From Phoronis australis (Eukaryota; Animalia; Phoronida), in the NCBI GenBank assembly GCA_002633005.1, contig NMRA01000204.1, positions 399,645 through 463,644 of the forward strand: 64,000 nucleotides of DNA. Reading direction: 5' to 3'. The notes beneath the pieces were generated by a model, which saw only the letters and a program-made list of their open reading frames with translations, searched no databases and was not told the origin of the DNA. Below are positions 62,949 to 64,000 of the stretch, one piece after another. The first letter of the stretch is position 1; each line of letters starts with the position of its first letter. A program made the position numbers and the translations under genes.

Positions 62949-64000
62949 TTGAATTCAGGAATATAACACTGTGAGATATTCTGTTGGTTGTTTTGAAATT
63001 GGTTTGCTGTTTCACAGCATTTCTCTGGTGCTTAAAACTGGATTTCCTTAGTGTTTTGCTGCTCAAAAACTGAAAAATGAATCAAGGTCGTAAAATTGGT
63101 TTCATAACATTCCATGCCATGATAGGACTTGATTTCCAATACTACAAGAACAACGAAACCATCAGTGACTAAAGAAAAAGTGTTTCGCAGTTAATTGAGA
63201 CTGACCAACCCCAAAATTGCAAATTCGAAAATGGTGCATGTTTGCATTGCCTGTGATTTGAGTTGCCAGCTCTTTTGGCAAGAATTGAAGATGAAATCAG
63301 CGTGGTAATGATTTTAAACCCTAAAGGGCTTGGATTAAGAATTCAACATTGATCTCTGAACAGTCATGGGTCCCCTTTGATTAGGTCGTGTGCGTGCACA
63401 ACTTGGGGGTATAACAGGGTGGATCTATGATTTTTAAAAGGGGAGTCTGATGAATTTTTTAAGAAAAGGGGGGTCCAAGTCATCTATTTTGAAAATTTTT
63501 AATTTGACATTTCTAAAATGAAGGGAAAAAAGGGTGGGGTCTGGACCCCTTGAACTCCCTGGATCTGCCTATGTACACTAAAATGATTATTACTATGGAA
63601 CATGCAAATGTATCTTTTATGGTGAAGAGATCTGTCATGGATTGTAGGAAGTCATTGTTCACAGTAGAATGATACCAGACCGCATACAATATACTTGCAG
63701 CTAACAGTTGACTAGAGTGAGTGATATCCCACTTAAATCTCTACACAAGCATGCACAGCAGTTTTTGCTATCCTCAAAAAGACCATTGGTGGTCGACCAG
63801 AAGAAATAATGGCGGCCTGCCATAACTTAACGCTAATGGGATCGATTCCATTCTATCTCATCAGTGGCGTGGACTATCGCCTCCCGCGTTCACCACATCC
63901 CTGCATCTCTAATTAAGCGCTGTGCTGGGGGATTGCTGTCCACTTCTGTCCCAACAGACGTCGGAGATCGTCCAAAGTGGTTTGGTTTGTCACTTTAAAA

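Noticed and set aside
62949-64000. SECIS element or selenoprotein status
   Set aside because: The model has TGC at the relevant codon and I could not identify a convincing SECIS by eye

Overview
Eukaryotic, intron-rich genomic DNA from a metazoan, most likely a marine invertebrate, with two main assembly gaps. Four spliced protein-coding genes can be rebuilt by hand from GT-AG sites and reading-frame phase. (1) The large first coding exon of ANKRD50 on the minus strand; the gene continues off the left edge. (2) A six-exon crystallin-J1/selenoprotein-J-like gene of the ADP-ribosylglycohydrolase family on the plus strand, with Cys at the Sec position; its first coding exon (19262-19334) lies 37.8 kb upstream of exon 2. 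Two genes are nested antisense inside that intron: (3) a CARD-NACHT NLR-like gene with no recognisable LRRs and a Gln in place of the conserved winged-helix His, and (4) a divergent, N-terminally short GOLPH3-like gene. The rest is repeat-rich: a Helentron/HINE-like element carrying a ~150-bp satellite with a CTCF-like motif in each unit, a 2.75-kb foldback with two palindromic MITEs nested in one arm, an L1/Tx1-like 3' fragment, a probable Ginger-type terminus, many MITEs and tRNA-derived SINE heads. All gene models are manual, and family assignments rest on recalled motifs, not database searches.
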